Assembly (NCBI GenBank): GCA_002718395.1
Contig: PBEG01000016.1
Coordinates: forward strand, 1,003 to 65,002
From: Chloroflexota bacterium
GTDB taxonomy: Bacteria > Chloroflexota > Dehalococcoidia > UBA2979
Direction: 5' to 3'
DNA: 64,000 bases
The notes under the pieces: generated by a model
Seen by the model: the letters and a program-made list of their open reading frames with translations, nothing else
Told to the model about the DNA's origin: nothing
Database searches by the model: none
Shown here: positions 29,841 through 41,284 of the stretch, one piece after another
How positions within the stretch are numbered: position 1 is the first letter of the stretch
How the letters are laid out: each line of letters opens with the position of its first letter
Translations under genes and position numbers: made by a program

Positions 29841-30626
29841 TTAATTCAAAAAAAATTTTCTAATTCTATGCTGAAAATAATTTGGAATGATTTTTCTAAA
29901 AATCCAAGATCTTAGTCTCACATACTGGTAATAAATATCCTCTTTGATTGTCATAATCTTTATATTTTTTGATGAAACAGAAAACCCCTCCTTATAAAGA
30001 TATTTATATACCTTCCTAACCCATTTGCCTTTGACAACTCCATTCAGGTATGGGAGCACTGTGGTATCTACTGAATAGAAATCTGAATACTTATTGCTTC
30101 TCTCGCTTCCATATATTTCAAAATCCCATGCAGACTCCTCAGCTTTAAGAAGATCTTTGAGTACTTCTTTTTTAAAAAGAGACCATACAGTTGCGGTTCG
30201 ATATAATCTATCTTCATGTATCCTTCCAATTCCCTTTAAGATTTTATAATCATATTTAGGAAGAGGGCTTAATCTTAGACAGCTCCAATTGTTCTCAACA
30301 GCTAATTCTGAAAAATAAATTACTTTCTTTGTGTCTATTTCTTTGTAGAGAAAAATGTCATCAAATATCATAAGAATATATTCTTGATCAATTTTCTCAA
30401 TACACTTAATTATATTGTCAGACCAAGAGGTTTCGCTCCCAATTTTAAGTGGAATAAAAGGCTCTATACTTGGAGTCTTTTCATTTGTCCCTAAATAAAT
30501 TTTAAATGGGCAATCAGGCCAAAAATTTTTATATGTTTCTGAGAGAGGCAGCCATAAATCTTCAGCTCCATCATAGCTACATATTAGAATACAAATATCA
30601 TTTGATAGGTTATTTGAGTTAGGCAT
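29841..30626 (-). CDS. hypothetical protein, possible GT-A-like glycosyltransferase
   Basis: ICILICSYDG...MIFDDIF resembles a GT-A DxD core. No firm family assignment. Confidence 0.3.
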   Translation of the reverse strand: MPNSNNLSNDICILICSYDGAEDLWLPLSETYKNFWPDCPFKIYLGTNEKTPSIEPFIPLKIGSETSWSDNIIKCIEKIDQEYILMIFDDIFLYKEIDTKKVIYFSELAVENNWSCLRLSPLPKYDYKILKGIGRIHEDRLYRTATVWSLFKKEVLKDLLKAEESAWDFEIYGSERSNKYSDFYSVDTTVLPYLNGVVKGKWVRKVYKYLYKEGFSVSSKNIKIMTIKEDIYYQYVRLRSWIFRKIIPNYFQHRIRKFFLN

Positions 30627-30645
30627 TAAACGACGAATCTTTTTT

Positions 30646-31527
30646 TTAATCTTCCTTGCCGATAATTATAATATCTTGAAAGCTAAGATAGTTAGATCTA
30701 CCACACCATGATCCATAATGGATTGGATTGATAACACTCAGTCTATTCTCTCTGATATACGAAATCATAGTTTTCTCGTCATAAGCTATCGCCTCTTCAG
30801 GTGCATCTTTGTCTGTTGTTAAACATGTTTCAGTTTCAACCTGATGTATGAAGTTCATTGTGCTCTTTTTATCCTCAATGAGCTTAGATGATTCTGGATT
30901 CAGCAAGAAAAATGTTGCGAAACATCTACCATCATCTTTTAGAACTCTCTGAATCTCAGATAAATAATTATTTAGATCATTTGGGAGCATATGTGTAAAA
31001 ACTGAGGTGAGAAATATGAAATCGAAGTAACTATCATTGAAGGGGAAATTATATTTATCAGCATCAATACCATCTTTGTTATAAATTGGATTAACAACTT
31101 CAACATGCTGAAAATGAAAGTTATCATATTTATCTGAGATATTATTTTGAGCCCATTCAACTTGGTCTTTCATTATATCAAAACCAAAATACTGCCCAGT
31201 TTCAGATAAATAATCAGTGAAGGAAACTGCCATTCTACCTGTGCCACAGCCTATGTCTAAAACTGTATCATTTTGTTTTACACCTCCAAGTTCAACAAAA
31301 TAATCAAAAAATTCTTTCCCAATACCTAAATAGTTCTCTTTTCCTATAAAATGGGTAGATGGCGGAGGAACCATGCTCTTTGATCCTCCACTCAAATAGT
31401 ACTTGAAATCTAAAATTCCAAAAAAGACTTTTTTTATGCCTGACCTAAGAAAATTAGGTAACAATCCTCTAAGGCTTTGTCCAATTCGATCTGATTTTGC
31501 TTGAATCTCTGAAGCTGTCTTTTTCAT
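30646..31527 (-). CDS. class I SAM-dependent methyltransferase
   Basis: VLDIGCGTGRMAV motif I, acidic motif II FDFIFL. 293 aa. Confidence 0.75.
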   Translation of the reverse strand: MKKTASEIQAKSDRIGQSLRGLLPNFLRSGIKKVFFGILDFKYYLSGGSKSMVPPPSTHFIGKENYLGIGKEFFDYFVELGGVKQNDTVLDIGCGTGRMAVSFTDYLSETGQYFGFDIMKDQVEWAQNNISDKYDNFHFQHVEVVNPIYNKDGIDADKYNFPFNDSYFDFIFLTSVFTHMLPNDLNNYLSEIQRVLKDDGRCFATFFLLNPESSKLIEDKKSTMNFIHQVETETCLTTDKDAPEEAIAYDEKTMISYIRENRLSVINPIHYGSWCGRSNYLSFQDIIIIGKED

Positions 31528-31544
31528 TTACTCCCTTCCTTGGG

Positions 31545-32495
31545 TTAGTTATTGCTTTCTAAATAAAACTGATATGTCTTTTTTAGCCCATCTCTTAACT
31601 TTGTTTTTGGATATATATTGAAGTTATTTAGTATTGATGTGTCTAGAAGTTTCCTTGGTGTTCCATCTGGCTTAGATTTATCAAATATAATTTCACCTTC
31701 AAATCCAACAACCTCTTTAATTAATTTTGATAAATCTGCTATGGAGATATCTTTGCCATACCCTACATTCAGATGCGATGAATTATCAGGAAGATTTGAG
31801 AAGAAAGCCTCCTTCTCTATCGACATTACTTCAAGTATCACCTCAGCCAAATCATCAACATAAAGAAATTCTCTCATTGGCTCTCCTGATCCCCAAACAA
31901 CAACCTCAGAGTCATTATTTAACTTAGCATTATGCATTCTATTCATTAGGCCTGGGATAACGTGAGAACTTAAATCATGAAAATTATCATTTGCTCCATA
32001 TAAATTTGTTGGCATCAGGCTTCTAAAATCTGTTTTGAATTGTTTATTGAATGCCTCGCACATTTTTAGACCAGCAATTTTTGCAATTGCATAGGACTCG
32101 TTTGTTTTTTCTAGATAGTCTGATAATAAATATTCCTCTTTAATAGGCTGAGGACATTCTTTTGGATAGATGCAACTACTGCCTAAGAATAGAACTTGTT
32201 TGACGTGATATTTCAAACAAGCTTTCATTAAGTTTGTCTGTATCATTATGTTTTCATATATAAAATCAGCAGGATATGAAGAGTTGGCAACAATACCACC
32301 GACCTTTGCTGCAGCAATTACGACACAATCAGGCTGATTAATTTTGATAAAGCTATGAACTGCTTTACTGTTTGTGAGATCTAAATTTTCTTTGGACTCA
32401 GTAACTAGATCATATTCTTTTGGATATAATTCTACTGATCTTCTAACAGCGCTTCCTACCATTCCATTATGTCCAGCTATGAATATTGTTTTCAT
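31545..32495 (-). CDS. fcl: GDP-L-fucose synthase (GDP-4-keto-6-deoxymannose 3,5-epimerase/4-reductase)
   Basis: IFIAGHNGMVGSAVRR, AAAKVGGI, YPADFIYEN, SKPDGTPRKLLD: colinear with E. coli Fcl. Confidence 0.9.
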   Translation of the reverse strand: MKTIFIAGHNGMVGSAVRRSVELYPKEYDLVTESKENLDLTNSKAVHSFIKINQPDCVVIAAAKVGGIVANSSYPADFIYENIMIQTNLMKACLKYHVKQVLFLGSSCIYPKECPQPIKEEYLLSDYLEKTNESYAIAKIAGLKMCEAFNKQFKTDFRSLMPTNLYGANDNFHDLSSHVIPGLMNRMHNAKLNNDSEVVVWGSGEPMREFLYVDDLAEVILEVMSIEKEAFFSNLPDNSSHLNVGYGKDISIADLSKLIKEVVGFEGEIIFDKSKPDGTPRKLLDTSILNNFNIYPKTKLRDGLKKTYQFYLESNN

Positions 32496-32520
32496 CGGTT
32501 ATTTCCGTGCATGAATAGTC

Positions 32521-33558
32521 TTACTCAATTCCACCAAAATCATTGTACTTAAGGTCATAATTTACCATGCCTGAAACGAGCTCTTTGAAAGATATTTTTC
32601 TTTCCCACCCCAGCTCTCTCTCTGCCTTAGAAGGATCGCCAAGTAGTATTTCAACTTCGGCTGGTCGATAATACCTAGGATTAATTTTGACAATCTTGTC
32701 TCCAGTTTCAGAGTTCATCCCAATCTCATCCTCTCCTTTTCCTTTCCATTCTATAGAGATCCCCACTTCTTCAAATGCGAGTTCAACAAATTCTCTAACA
32801 GTATGAGTCTCTCCGGTTGCAATCACATAATCCTCGGGTTCTTCTTTTTGAAGCATCAGCCACATAGCTTCAACATAATCTTTTGCATGGCCCCAATCTC
32901 TTTTCGCATCGATATTTCCAAGCTCTAAAATTTCTTGTCTTCCTTGTTTGATTCTAGCAACAGCTCTTGTTATCTTCTTTGTTACAAATGTTTCCCCTCT
33001 CCTTGGAGATTCGTGATTAAACAAAATTCCATTACATGCAAACATTCCATAGGATTCTCGATAGTTCACAGCTAACCAATATGCGTATAATTTAGCTGCA
33101 CCATATGGAGACTTTGGATAGAAAGGTGTTTTTTCACTCTGTGGTTCGGTTCCAGGAAGGCCACCAAATAGTTCTGAAGTAGATGCTTGATAATATTTGC
33201 ATTCAACTTTAGCATCTCTAATTGCATCCAATAACCTAGCTGCACCAATACCACTTACTTCAGCTGTATACTCTGGCAATTCGAATGAGACCGCAACATG
33301 TGACTGGGCTCCTAAATTATATATCTCATTGGGCTGTATTTTTGAAATTAGTCTGTGCAAATTGCTAGAGTCAGTTAAATCGCCATGATAGGTATGAAGA
33401 TTTGGATGATCCATTATGTGGTCAATCCTTTTTGTGGTGAAGACTGACGATCTTCTTAAAATGCCATGTACCACATAGCCTTTAGAAAGCAAAAGCTCAC
33501 AAAGGTAAGAGCCATCTTGCCCAGTAATACCAGTAATAAAGGCCACATTATTAGTCAT
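32521..33558 (-). CDS. gmd: GDP-mannose 4,6-dehydratase
   Basis: [33 protein letters not shown], colinear with E. coli Gmd. 345 aa. Confidence 0.9.
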   Translation of the reverse strand: MTNNVAFITGITGQDGSYLCELLLSKGYVVHGILRRSSVFTTKRIDHIMDHPNLHTYHGDLTDSSNLHRLISKIQPNEIYNLGAQSHVAVSFELPEYTAEVSGIGAARLLDAIRDAKVECKYYQASTSELFGGLPGTEPQSEKTPFYPKSPYGAAKLYAYWLAVNYRESYGMFACNGILFNHESPRRGETFVTKKITRAVARIKQGRQEILELGNIDAKRDWGHAKDYVEAMWLMLQKEEPEDYVIATGETHTVREFVELAFEEVGISIEWKGKGEDEIGMNSETGDKIVKINPRYYRPAEVEILLGDPSKAERELGWERKISFKELVSGMVNYDLKYNDFGGIE

Positions 33559-33610
33559 ATTTATTCCTCCAGTATCTTAAACTAATGCACGAACGATAAC
33601 TGATAAGACA

Positions 33611-34753
33611 TTAGGTTAATGTTTTAAAGATATCCATAGTTTCCTCTGCGCATCTATCCCAAGAGAAAATCTTAGCCCTCTCCTTTCCACGCTCACTTAA
33701 TTTGGATTGGAGATCTTTATCGCTCAAAACTTCTGTTATAGCTTTCTCCATTTCAATTGGATCTCTGGGATCATCTATCATATAGGCAGCATCACCGACC
33801 ACTTCTGGAAGAGAAGACATATTACTACATATAACTGGTGCACCACAGAACATTGCCTCTAAAGGAGTGATATTAAATCCTTCATATAGTGATGAACACA
33901 TAAATACATCTGCTGCTTTGTAGAAATTGAATATTTCCTCATCATCAGTGTATTTAATCCATCGAAGATAATTTTTTATTCCATGCTTCTCTGCCATTTC
34001 ATCTATGTCAAAGTAAGGATATGAGTGATTCTTTCCAATAATAACTAAATTGATTTCCTCCCCTGTCTTTTTAATTATCTTAGAAAGAGATTCCATTAAT
34101 ACAGGAACATTTCTTCTGTTCATAATTAATCCAACAAACAAGACTATCTTTCCTCTAATATTATGTTTGAGTTTTAGTTTATTAACTGCTTCATCATCGC
34201 TTTTTAAATCTAGTTTTAGAAATTCATCTTCTACCCCTAGATTGGTGACAAATATTTTATTGTCATCTACATCATAATATTTCAGTATTTCTTTTTTTGT
34301 TGCCTCTGAGCCTGTAAGAATAATTTCTGCTCTATGGACAGTAGGGCCTGTGAGCATCTTTAGAGCTGCAAGATTTCTCTTTGGAAACCATTCGGGATGA
34401 GCAATATATGAAATATCAAATATAGTTACTATTTCTTTAATTCTTTGAGGAAAGACTGGCAATGTATAATTTGACGTGAAATAAAGGTCTGCAGTTTTAT
34501 TCTTTCTGAGTGCGTTGGGTAAAAAAACATTCTCCCAAATAGGTCCGATATTCATACTCTTTGGTGGAGTAACAAGAGTGCTTTCTACGTTTGAAGCATT
34601 AATAAATTGATCTGAAGAAATCTCGTCTTTAAAGAATATTTTATAGTTATTCTCTTGATATTTTTCGCTCCAAATACGAATTATATTTGCTAAATATCTT
34701 CCAACTCCGGTCCTTTTGCCCTCTAAGTTCCTCCCGTTTATGAGTATCTCCAT
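33611..34753 (-). CDS. family 4 (GT-B, group 1) glycosyltransferase
   Basis: C-terminal EX7E region ([25 protein letters not shown]). 380 aa. Confidence 0.75.
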   Translation of the reverse strand: MEILINGRNLEGKRTGVGRYLANIIRIWSEKYQENNYKIFFKDEISSDQFINASNVESTLVTPPKSMNIGPIWENVFLPNALRKNKTADLYFTSNYTLPVFPQRIKEIVTIFDISYIAHPEWFPKRNLAALKMLTGPTVHRAEIILTGSEATKKEILKYYDVDDNKIFVTNLGVEDEFLKLDLKSDDEAVNKLKLKHNIRGKIVLFVGLIMNRRNVPVLMESLSKIIKKTGEEINLVIIGKNHSYPYFDIDEMAEKHGIKNYLRWIKYTDDEEIFNFYKAADVFMCSSLYEGFNITPLEAMFCGAPVICSNMSSLPEVVGDAAYMIDDPRDPIEMEKAITEVLSDKDLQSKLSERGKERAKIFSWDRCAEETMDIFKTLT

Positions 34754-34764
34754 GCAACACCTTT

Positions 34765-35694
34765 CTAGTTATTATTCTTAAGCCAATCTACAGTTTTAGC
34801 TAAACCATCCTTTAATGAAGTTCTCTGGCAAAAGCCTATTTTCTTGATCTTAGAAATATCTCCATACCACTTAGGAACATCACCTGGGAAAGATTCTCCA
34901 GAAGTTTTAATCTCTATTTCTGAACAGTCCATTTCTATAGCTATTAATTGAGCCAGATCTAATAGCTTGACTTGCTCGCCACTTGCCAGATTATAATCCT
35001 CACCTGCTTCACCACTGGATGCAATTATTTCAAGGCCATGAACTGCATCATCAATATAAAGATAATCCCTTATTTGTTCTCCATCGCCCAGGATTTCTAA
35101 GCTTTTATTATTGTTCTGTATCTTTTTGACAATATCGTGTATCGCAAACCGATTCATTCCTAAACCATAAACACTGAACATTCTTGCAATTCTAACATCT
35201 AATCCATAGCATCGATTGTATACAAAGCAATAAGACTCACCTGCAACTTTGGCTGCCCCATAAGGAGATGATGGTTTTACATAAGATTTTTCAGAAACTG
35301 GCAATTCATTTGTTGTATCAAATATGGATGCAGTAGATGGAAAGATTACTCTACAGTTAAATCGTCTAGCTGACTCAAGCACTTGAAAAAGTCCATACAA
35401 TGTATTTTGGAAATCATTAGAAGGATCATTTACTGAACTAGCAACATTAGCATTAGCTGCCATGTGAAAAATTACTGTATCTTTAGTGAGAAATTGATCG
35501 AGTATATTCTCTTCTTTTATATCAAATATTTTAGATTTGTTGTGAGTTCTTTCGCATGGCAATTGGTCAATAGCCACTATCTCGATAGATTGCTTATGAA
35601 GACTTTCAACCAATGCATTGCCTATAAAACCTGAGGCACCAGTTATTAGGGCTCTTCTTATTTCATGATTTAAGTTAATGTCAGACTCTTTCAC
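34765..35694 (-). CDS. NAD-dependent sugar epimerase/dehydratase (GalE-like extended SDR)
   Basis: ALITGASGFIGNAL, YGAAKVAGE YxxxK. 309 aa. Confidence 0.65.
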   Translation of the reverse strand: MKESDINLNHEIRRALITGASGFIGNALVESLHKQSIEIVAIDQLPCERTHNKSKIFDIKEENILDQFLTKDTVIFHMAANANVASSVNDPSNDFQNTLYGLFQVLESARRFNCRVIFPSTASIFDTTNELPVSEKSYVKPSSPYGAAKVAGESYCFVYNRCYGLDVRIARMFSVYGLGMNRFAIHDIVKKIQNNNKSLEILGDGEQIRDYLYIDDAVHGLEIIASSGEAGEDYNLASGEQVKLLDLAQLIAIEMDCSEIEIKTSGESFPGDVPKWYGDISKIKKIGFCQRTSLKDGLAKTVDWLKNNN

Positions 35695-36617
35695 GGTATT
35701 TCAATTACTTCCTTCACCTTTACATTCTTTTGAAGATCTATATCAAATATCTCTTCATTTTGAATATTTCTTAACCTTTCCTCAAAATTGTCAAAAGTCA
35801 ACTTGCCATTCTTATCCTTATATTCTCTAAAATTAGCTTTCTGATAGGCTTCTTGAGGAGAGAGGACAGTTAAATTTGATAGCAAGTCATTCCTTACAAA
35901 AAAGATGTTGTTGCCAGCAGTATTCCCTGCCACTAGACAATAGCCTTTTCTCTTTGCAAGATCATCCAAAGCTTTAATTGATGCGCCATAAAGAACTCCT
36001 GAGTGATGTTCTGAGTGCCTAGTGAAGTCATTTCTATAACAAGTAGTTACTTTGGCATCAGGACCAAAAATACTATTGTATTCGCATATTACTATTCTAG
36101 GGTGAAATGATTCTATAGATTCCCAAATCCAATAGTCATTACCATCTATGTCAATAGAAAGTATTCCTAAATCAGGATCGATTCCACTATCACTGAGAAT
36201 CGACTCAATATTCTTCTTAGTGATAAATGCATTTTCAGCCTTGATATTATGTGCCCAATAAATTTGATCTTGTTTTAGATAATCAATGTCTGACCTATTT
36301 CCATCTATAACTAGGCCTGACCAATAATTATTTACTAGAAGGAATCTTGTATTTGATTGCAAATAATTCTCAACGCCAAATTCAACGAATACTTTATTCT
36401 TAATCTCAATCTTGTTAATGAGATACTGGATAATTCCATCTTCACCCCATTGAGAAAAGACTCTGAATTCACTATCAGATATAGTGAGATCTGAATCATT
36501 TATTTGACGTGCTTCTATTCTTCCTAAAGCCTCTTGAATCAAGTTAATTTTTGAAAGTAGTTTCTTAAAAAAACGGATATATTTTCTTGGATCAATGTAA
36601 TTAAATAATTTCTTCAT
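35691..36617 (-). CDS. hypothetical protein, possible SAM-dependent methyltransferase-like fold
   Basis: FSQWGEDGII and VFVEFGVENY motifs only. No confident family. Confidence 0.25.
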   Translation of the reverse strand: MKKLFNYIDPRKYIRFFKKLLSKINLIQEALGRIEARQINDSDLTISDSEFRVFSQWGEDGIIQYLINKIEIKNKVFVEFGVENYLQSNTRFLLVNNYWSGLVIDGNRSDIDYLKQDQIYWAHNIKAENAFITKKNIESILSDSGIDPDLGILSIDIDGNDYWIWESIESFHPRIVICEYNSIFGPDAKVTTCYRNDFTRHSEHHSGVLYGASIKALDDLAKRKGYCLVAGNTAGNNIFFVRNDLLSNLTVLSPQEAYQKANFREYKDKNGKLTFDNFEERLRNIQNEEIFDIDLQKNVKVKEVIEIP

Positions 36618-36683
36618 GATGGCTAGCTCATTGATGCATTGAATTTAAATTATTTTTATAATCTTTAATGCTAAATATCACTC

Positions 36684-37253
36684 TTATGGGTTATCCAATT
36701 TTTTTATGAGTTTTGCTGGATTTCCAGCAAAAAAACAGTCTTCTGGGACATTATCTAAAACAAGACTATTTGCACCAATAATCGACCTCTCTCCTATTTT
36801 TACACCCTTCATAATCGTAACATTTGCACCAATCCATACATCATCCTCAATAACTACTTCCTCTTCTTTTAAATCTATTTCTTTAGGTTGGCCTTTTGTA
36901 ATAATCTCTTTGTATTGAAGGTGTCTATCTATTGGATCTTTTGGATGTGTATCATTGTCAAAAATATTGCAATTATGGCTTATCAGGACTCTATTGCCAA
37001 TCTTTATTGATTTTCCAGACCATATATGAGTATTTCTTCCAACAAAACAATAATCTCCTATGATGATCTTGCCTCCATGACCAAGTATCATAAATAATTC
37101 AGCTCTAACATGAGTATTATCACCAATTACTAAATCTTCCTTTCTACCATTAACATTAGACATATCTACACAAGGATAGATCACGCTATTTTTCCCTAAA
37201 ATATATGGCCTTTTAGGAAATAATTTTCGAAAAATTCGCTTTAAGAAATTCAT
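36684..37253 (-). CDS. left-handed beta-helix (hexapeptide-repeat) acetyltransferase
   Basis: Repeated [LIV]GxxxxI hexapeptide units (IGDNTHV, IGDYCFVGRNTHI, IGANVTI, IGERSIIGANSLV). 189 aa, WbbJ/maltose-acetyltransferase-like. Confidence 0.75.
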   Translation of the reverse strand: MNFLKRIFRKLFPKRPYILGKNSVIYPCVDMSNVNGRKEDLVIGDNTHVRAELFMILGHGGKIIIGDYCFVGRNTHIWSGKSIKIGNRVLISHNCNIFDNDTHPKDPIDRHLQYKEIITKGQPKEIDLKEEEVVIEDDVWIGANVTIMKGVKIGERSIIGANSLVLDNVPEDCFFAGNPAKLIKKLDNP

Positions 37254-38606
37254 CTACTCTCTCTCACAGATAATATCATCGATCCATTCTAATTCCTTTT
37301 TGGAGGATTCAAAGTCAGATATATAATCTCCTAAAGTAGTCATCTGCTTTTTAAGTATTTCTTGATTATACTCATCATCACTAAGTCTCCTATTCAACTC
37401 CACAAAAAGATCATCAATATAAACCTTAGATTCTGGTAGATTATCATAATAAACAAATGGGTTATTATATAGCTCGGGAATATCTAAACAAATTACCGAA
37501 GTTTCGGTCATAAAAGCCTCCAACGCAATACTAGAGCTTATTAGCATTAGAATCTTGCTCTTTTTTAAAATGAGCTCATTATTATCAGTATGAATTTCAT
37601 AATTCATTTTGAAGGCATCTTTATAAATACTCTTCAAAAAATAATCCTCCCAATATTCTTGATTCATGGATGGGTGAAGTTTAAGAATAAATGTATATTC
37701 TTCTTGTTCGGTTGACTCCATCTCAGATAAAAGTTTTGGGATCTTGTTCAAAAGAAAATGATTTAGTTCATCACTTCTTGGATTAACAGCTAAAGTCAAA
37801 TAATTCTTTAATTTTTTAGAGTTACTTTCTAAATAATGATTATGAATATCAGTACCGAAGACCTTGATCTCAGATTTCTTTATTTGATCAACAAAATCAC
37901 GCTTTGTTTTTTCACCCCAAACAACTAGATAATCTGAAATCGTGTAATCATACATTCGATTTGTTGGGGCCATCTGGCCATGCTGATGTGTTATGGTTGG
38001 AATATTTTTTAATTGTGATGATTCAGTAAAAACTCTCTCAAATAAATGTAAATCACAAACTGTTAAGGTAACTTTAGGTTTATACTCATCTATCAATTTC
38101 TTAGAAAAAGAAATATATCTTTTTACCTTTGAGAGAATGAAGGACTCTTCTGCAGTCAAATGCTTAAAAGTCCAAATATATTTATCAAAACAAATCCCGG
38201 ATACTTTCATGTATATGCAAGCGATACTTTCCGATGTGTAATAATTAAAAACACTTTTACAATCTGTAACAATCAAGATTTCTCTTTTGTCAGTGACTTC
38301 TGAAATCAGATTATTCAATACAGGAAATGCTCTATGTGAATCTGGATAATTACTAACAAAAAGATATTTCTTTTTGAAATTTGAATTCAGAGTAAGAATC
38401 TTATTTTTTTTAAGCTCTGACCTTCCAATAGAGAAAGTCCCAAAGTTCGAAAGACTCCATAGCAATTCTTTGATCTTTTTTTTGAACATATCTTGTGGCT
38501 TATGTGACGAAATATGAGCAGAACCGTAAAAAGTTATCAAATAATCACTTAAGTTGAATCCTTCAAAAAAAATTGGATTAACTTTCATATGATCAGGTGT
38601 TTTCAT
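37254..38606 (-). CDS. putative GT-B capsule-synthesis-family glycosyltransferase (KpsS-like; candidate nonulosonic-acid transferase)
   Basis: 450 aa, no TM, Rossmann-like alternation. Position next to Pse-pathway genes. Family call is weak (by eye). Confidence 0.3.
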   Translation of the reverse strand: MKTPDHMKVNPIFFEGFNLSDYLITFYGSAHISSHKPQDMFKKKIKELLWSLSNFGTFSIGRSELKKNKILTLNSNFKKKYLFVSNYPDSHRAFPVLNNLISEVTDKREILIVTDCKSVFNYYTSESIACIYMKVSGICFDKYIWTFKHLTAEESFILSKVKRYISFSKKLIDEYKPKVTLTVCDLHLFERVFTESSQLKNIPTITHQHGQMAPTNRMYDYTISDYLVVWGEKTKRDFVDQIKKSEIKVFGTDIHNHYLESNSKKLKNYLTLAVNPRSDELNHFLLNKIPKLLSEMESTEQEEYTFILKLHPSMNQEYWEDYFLKSIYKDAFKMNYEIHTDNNELILKKSKILMLISSSIALEAFMTETSVICLDIPELYNNPFVYYDNLPESKVYIDDLFVELNRRLSDDEYNQEILKKQMTTLGDYISDFESSKKELEWIDDIICERE

Positions 38607-38718
38607 GCTAATAACTTTCTAGTCAAAAAATGGAGGATGAGATTTATTTAAATCAGACAGTCTATAGGTCCCTTTTTATATTTGGTAGATATCTAAATTA
38701 TGAATTATAGATCTTGGA

Positions 38719-40374
38719 CTAATTTGGGCTGAATATTTGCTCCTTATCAAGCCTACAAAGCCTATCATTTTCTTTGTCAGCTATAATTATGGATCTATCA
38801 TTAAGTCTATGAATCTTAACAGGGTTATTCCAATTATAGTCTTCCCTTCCTTCTGGATTGATGTTCTTGATAACTTTCCCACTATAATCTATTGCTAGAA
38901 TCTGATGTTCTCCTCTTACACATAAAAGAATAATATCATTAAAAGGGCAGACAGCTCTGATCACATGAATGTCACTTTTCAAGAAAGAAAAGTCTATTGT
39001 ATTAATTAATTTCAGTTCTGAATTAAATTCATAAACAATTAACTTATCAAAATCTGCTGTGAAAATATGATTATCATCTCGGATTGATATGGTCTTTATA
39101 AGTATCCTTTTATTTCCAGATACTTCGGCCATATTAACTTCGTCTTGGAAAATTCCCTCAAAATCAACCTTCAATATTCTTCTATTTAAAGTATCGGCTA
39201 TAAAAATATACCCTGAATCAGATGCGTCCATATCTTGTGGGTCATTTAGAGCTGGCTGACCAGAGTAAGAGCTATGTTTAATTAGATTATTGTTTTTTAA
39301 TTTATATATATTCAATTCAGACTCGTTTGAGATCCTTCTTTCAATAATCGCAAAAAGACTTTCTTCGCCATGCTGATGGAAACAAATTGATGAAGGTCTC
39401 TCAAGCTTCTTATCTTGGATTTTAAGAACGTCTAGATATTCAAGATCCTTATTAAATAACTGAATAACCCCATTCCCCCTATCAGCAATAAATAATCTAC
39501 TTTCAGAATCTGATGTAACTCCAGAAGGTCTATTGAGCTCCCCAGGAAAATATTGTCTTTTGATAAAACTTTCTAGGTGCTTTGAGTCTAGATCCATTTT
39601 CATAATTCTGTCATTGTTCATGTCACATATATAAAGAAAATTACCATCGACAAGACCAGAAATTGGTAAATCGAAAAAATTAATCTCATGTCCCTTGGAA
39701 CCAATCTGGAAAAGGAAGTTCATCTCATGATCAAAAAATTGCACTAGGTAATTCTTATTATCAAATACAATTAAATATCTTTCTGTAATACTTATATCAG
39801 ATGGATTTCTTACTTTCCCATATCCTCCTCTCCCGAATTCTAAGTGTTCTGTATATTTGATTTTTTCTTTAGTTAGTTCAATCCTAATGAGTTTTGGGGA
39901 ATCAGAATCAAGCATAAAGATGCTTTTTTTCTTTATTATCATTGAGACAATATCTTTATTTTGATTTAGATCAGAGTAATCAAAGTGAGCAGTAAGTAAA
40001 TCCTCTTTCTCATCAAATTTCATAATGACTGAATTCTCGGTATCACAAAGAAATATTGCTCCGTGTTCCTCAGAGCAATTAATTGAGCTGTAATTGCCAT
40101 GCTTTAGTTTTATGCTTTTCTGCTGTATGAGCTTTAGATCAAATTGCCTTAACAATTTATTTTCTACATCTAAGACATATATATTTTTATTATTTATAGA
40201 GAATAAAGATGATTCGTGAAGACTTAATTCATCAAAACTTTTTGATGCCAAACAGACGTCGTCGTCCAGTACAAATATTTTCTCTTCAGGTGGTCCACAA
40301 ATTATTATCATTTTTCTATCGCTTGATAGAAGTATCTGCTTCGGTCTTGTGAATCCTTTTATTTCAACTGCCAT
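38719..40374 (-). CDS. NHL-repeat beta-propeller protein (cytoplasmic, 551 aa)
   Basis: Recurrent NHL-type blades (DRGNGVIQLF, NDRIMKMD, LNRRILKVD, NDRLCRLD). No signal peptide. Confidence 0.55.
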   Translation of the reverse strand: MAVEIKGFTRPKQILLSSDRKMIIICGPPEEKIFVLDDDVCLASKSFDELSLHESSLFSINNKNIYVLDVENKLLRQFDLKLIQQKSIKLKHGNYSSINCSEEHGAIFLCDTENSVIMKFDEKEDLLTAHFDYSDLNQNKDIVSMIIKKKSIFMLDSDSPKLIRIELTKEKIKYTEHLEFGRGGYGKVRNPSDISITERYLIVFDNKNYLVQFFDHEMNFLFQIGSKGHEINFFDLPISGLVDGNFLYICDMNNDRIMKMDLDSKHLESFIKRQYFPGELNRPSGVTSDSESRLFIADRGNGVIQLFNKDLEYLDVLKIQDKKLERPSSICFHQHGEESLFAIIERRISNESELNIYKLKNNNLIKHSSYSGQPALNDPQDMDASDSGYIFIADTLNRRILKVDFEGIFQDEVNMAEVSGNKRILIKTISIRDDNHIFTADFDKLIVYEFNSELKLINTIDFSFLKSDIHVIRAVCPFNDIILLCVRGEHQILAIDYSGKVIKNINPEGREDYNWNNPVKIHRLNDRSIIIADKENDRLCRLDKEQIFSPN

Positions 40375-40387
40375 TTTTGATGAGTAT

Positions 40388-41284
40388 CTAATCTAATGAT
40401 TTAGGATAGTAAATTTTTCCTTTTATATAATGATCCAAATAATGTTTTTCAAAATTAATGCCTTGTCTAATTGCCTCTTTCCTCATTCTAAATGGAGGCT
40501 CGAGACCAATATCTAGTAATACATATCCGCTGGTTTCCAATATGAGGTCAAACTTTATTAGATATTCCTCTAATTTTAGGCTCTTCATGATCTTTTTTAG
40601 TGAGCCTATTATTCCGAAATCTCTAATTTCGTCATGAAATTTATGAGTAAGAATCCCGGTTTCAAAATCTAAAACATTAAATCTATCTCCATATACGTTT
40701 ACACGTAATGAAACTCCTGGATGCTCTGGTTGTAAGATATATTTTTCCTTAAAATACCTGTCTTTATTCCAATTAAAGAGTTCAAATGGGATTGAATTTG
40801 CATTAAACCTATATACATAGTTAGGGTTCTTGCTAAAGTCAGATTTCAACCAATACCAACCATTATCTTTTTCATTGAGTGCATCTTTAAGGGTATCCTC
40901 AGAATCTATATATGAAGTTTCAGGTATAGGCACACCTAAATTAGCGAAATGCTCATAATATTTCTCTTTATTTAAGCAAATTTCCACTGACTTACTTGGG
41001 ATATATTTAATAGAAAAAGTTTCACAAAACAATGCTGCGCTCAAGTGGGCAAACTGAGCAGATGCAGTAAAAACTAGATCATCTTCAGAAAAATCCTCAG
41101 ATCTACCTATCTCTATCAGTTCGCTGATAGAGTCATACCCACACTGAAAAAATTTATCGCAGTACAGCCTCCCTGGTGCATTTTCATTAATATCTGTCCC
41201 AATTATTTTTAAATTATAATCTTTTATTGTCTCTAAGTATGGGATCTGAGCAAAATTGCAACCTAAAAAAAGTATCTTTTTCAT
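40388..41284 (-). CDS. ATP-grasp domain protein
   Basis: N-terminal Rossmann-like pre-ATP-grasp, central ATP-grasp features (YILQPEHPGVSLRVNVYGD). 298 aa. 4-bp overlap with the upstream ATP-grasp gene. Confidence 0.5.
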   Translation of the reverse strand: MKKILFLGCNFAQIPYLETIKDYNLKIIGTDINENAPGRLYCDKFFQCGYDSISELIEIGRSEDFSEDDLVFTASAQFAHLSAALFCETFSIKYIPSKSVEICLNKEKYYEHFANLGVPIPETSYIDSEDTLKDALNEKDNGWYWLKSDFSKNPNYVYRFNANSIPFELFNWNKDRYFKEKYILQPEHPGVSLRVNVYGDRFNVLDFETGILTHKFHDEIRDFGIIGSLKKIMKSLKLEEYLIKFDLILETSGYVLLDIGLEPPFRMRKEAIRQGINFEKHYLDHYIKGKIYYPKSLD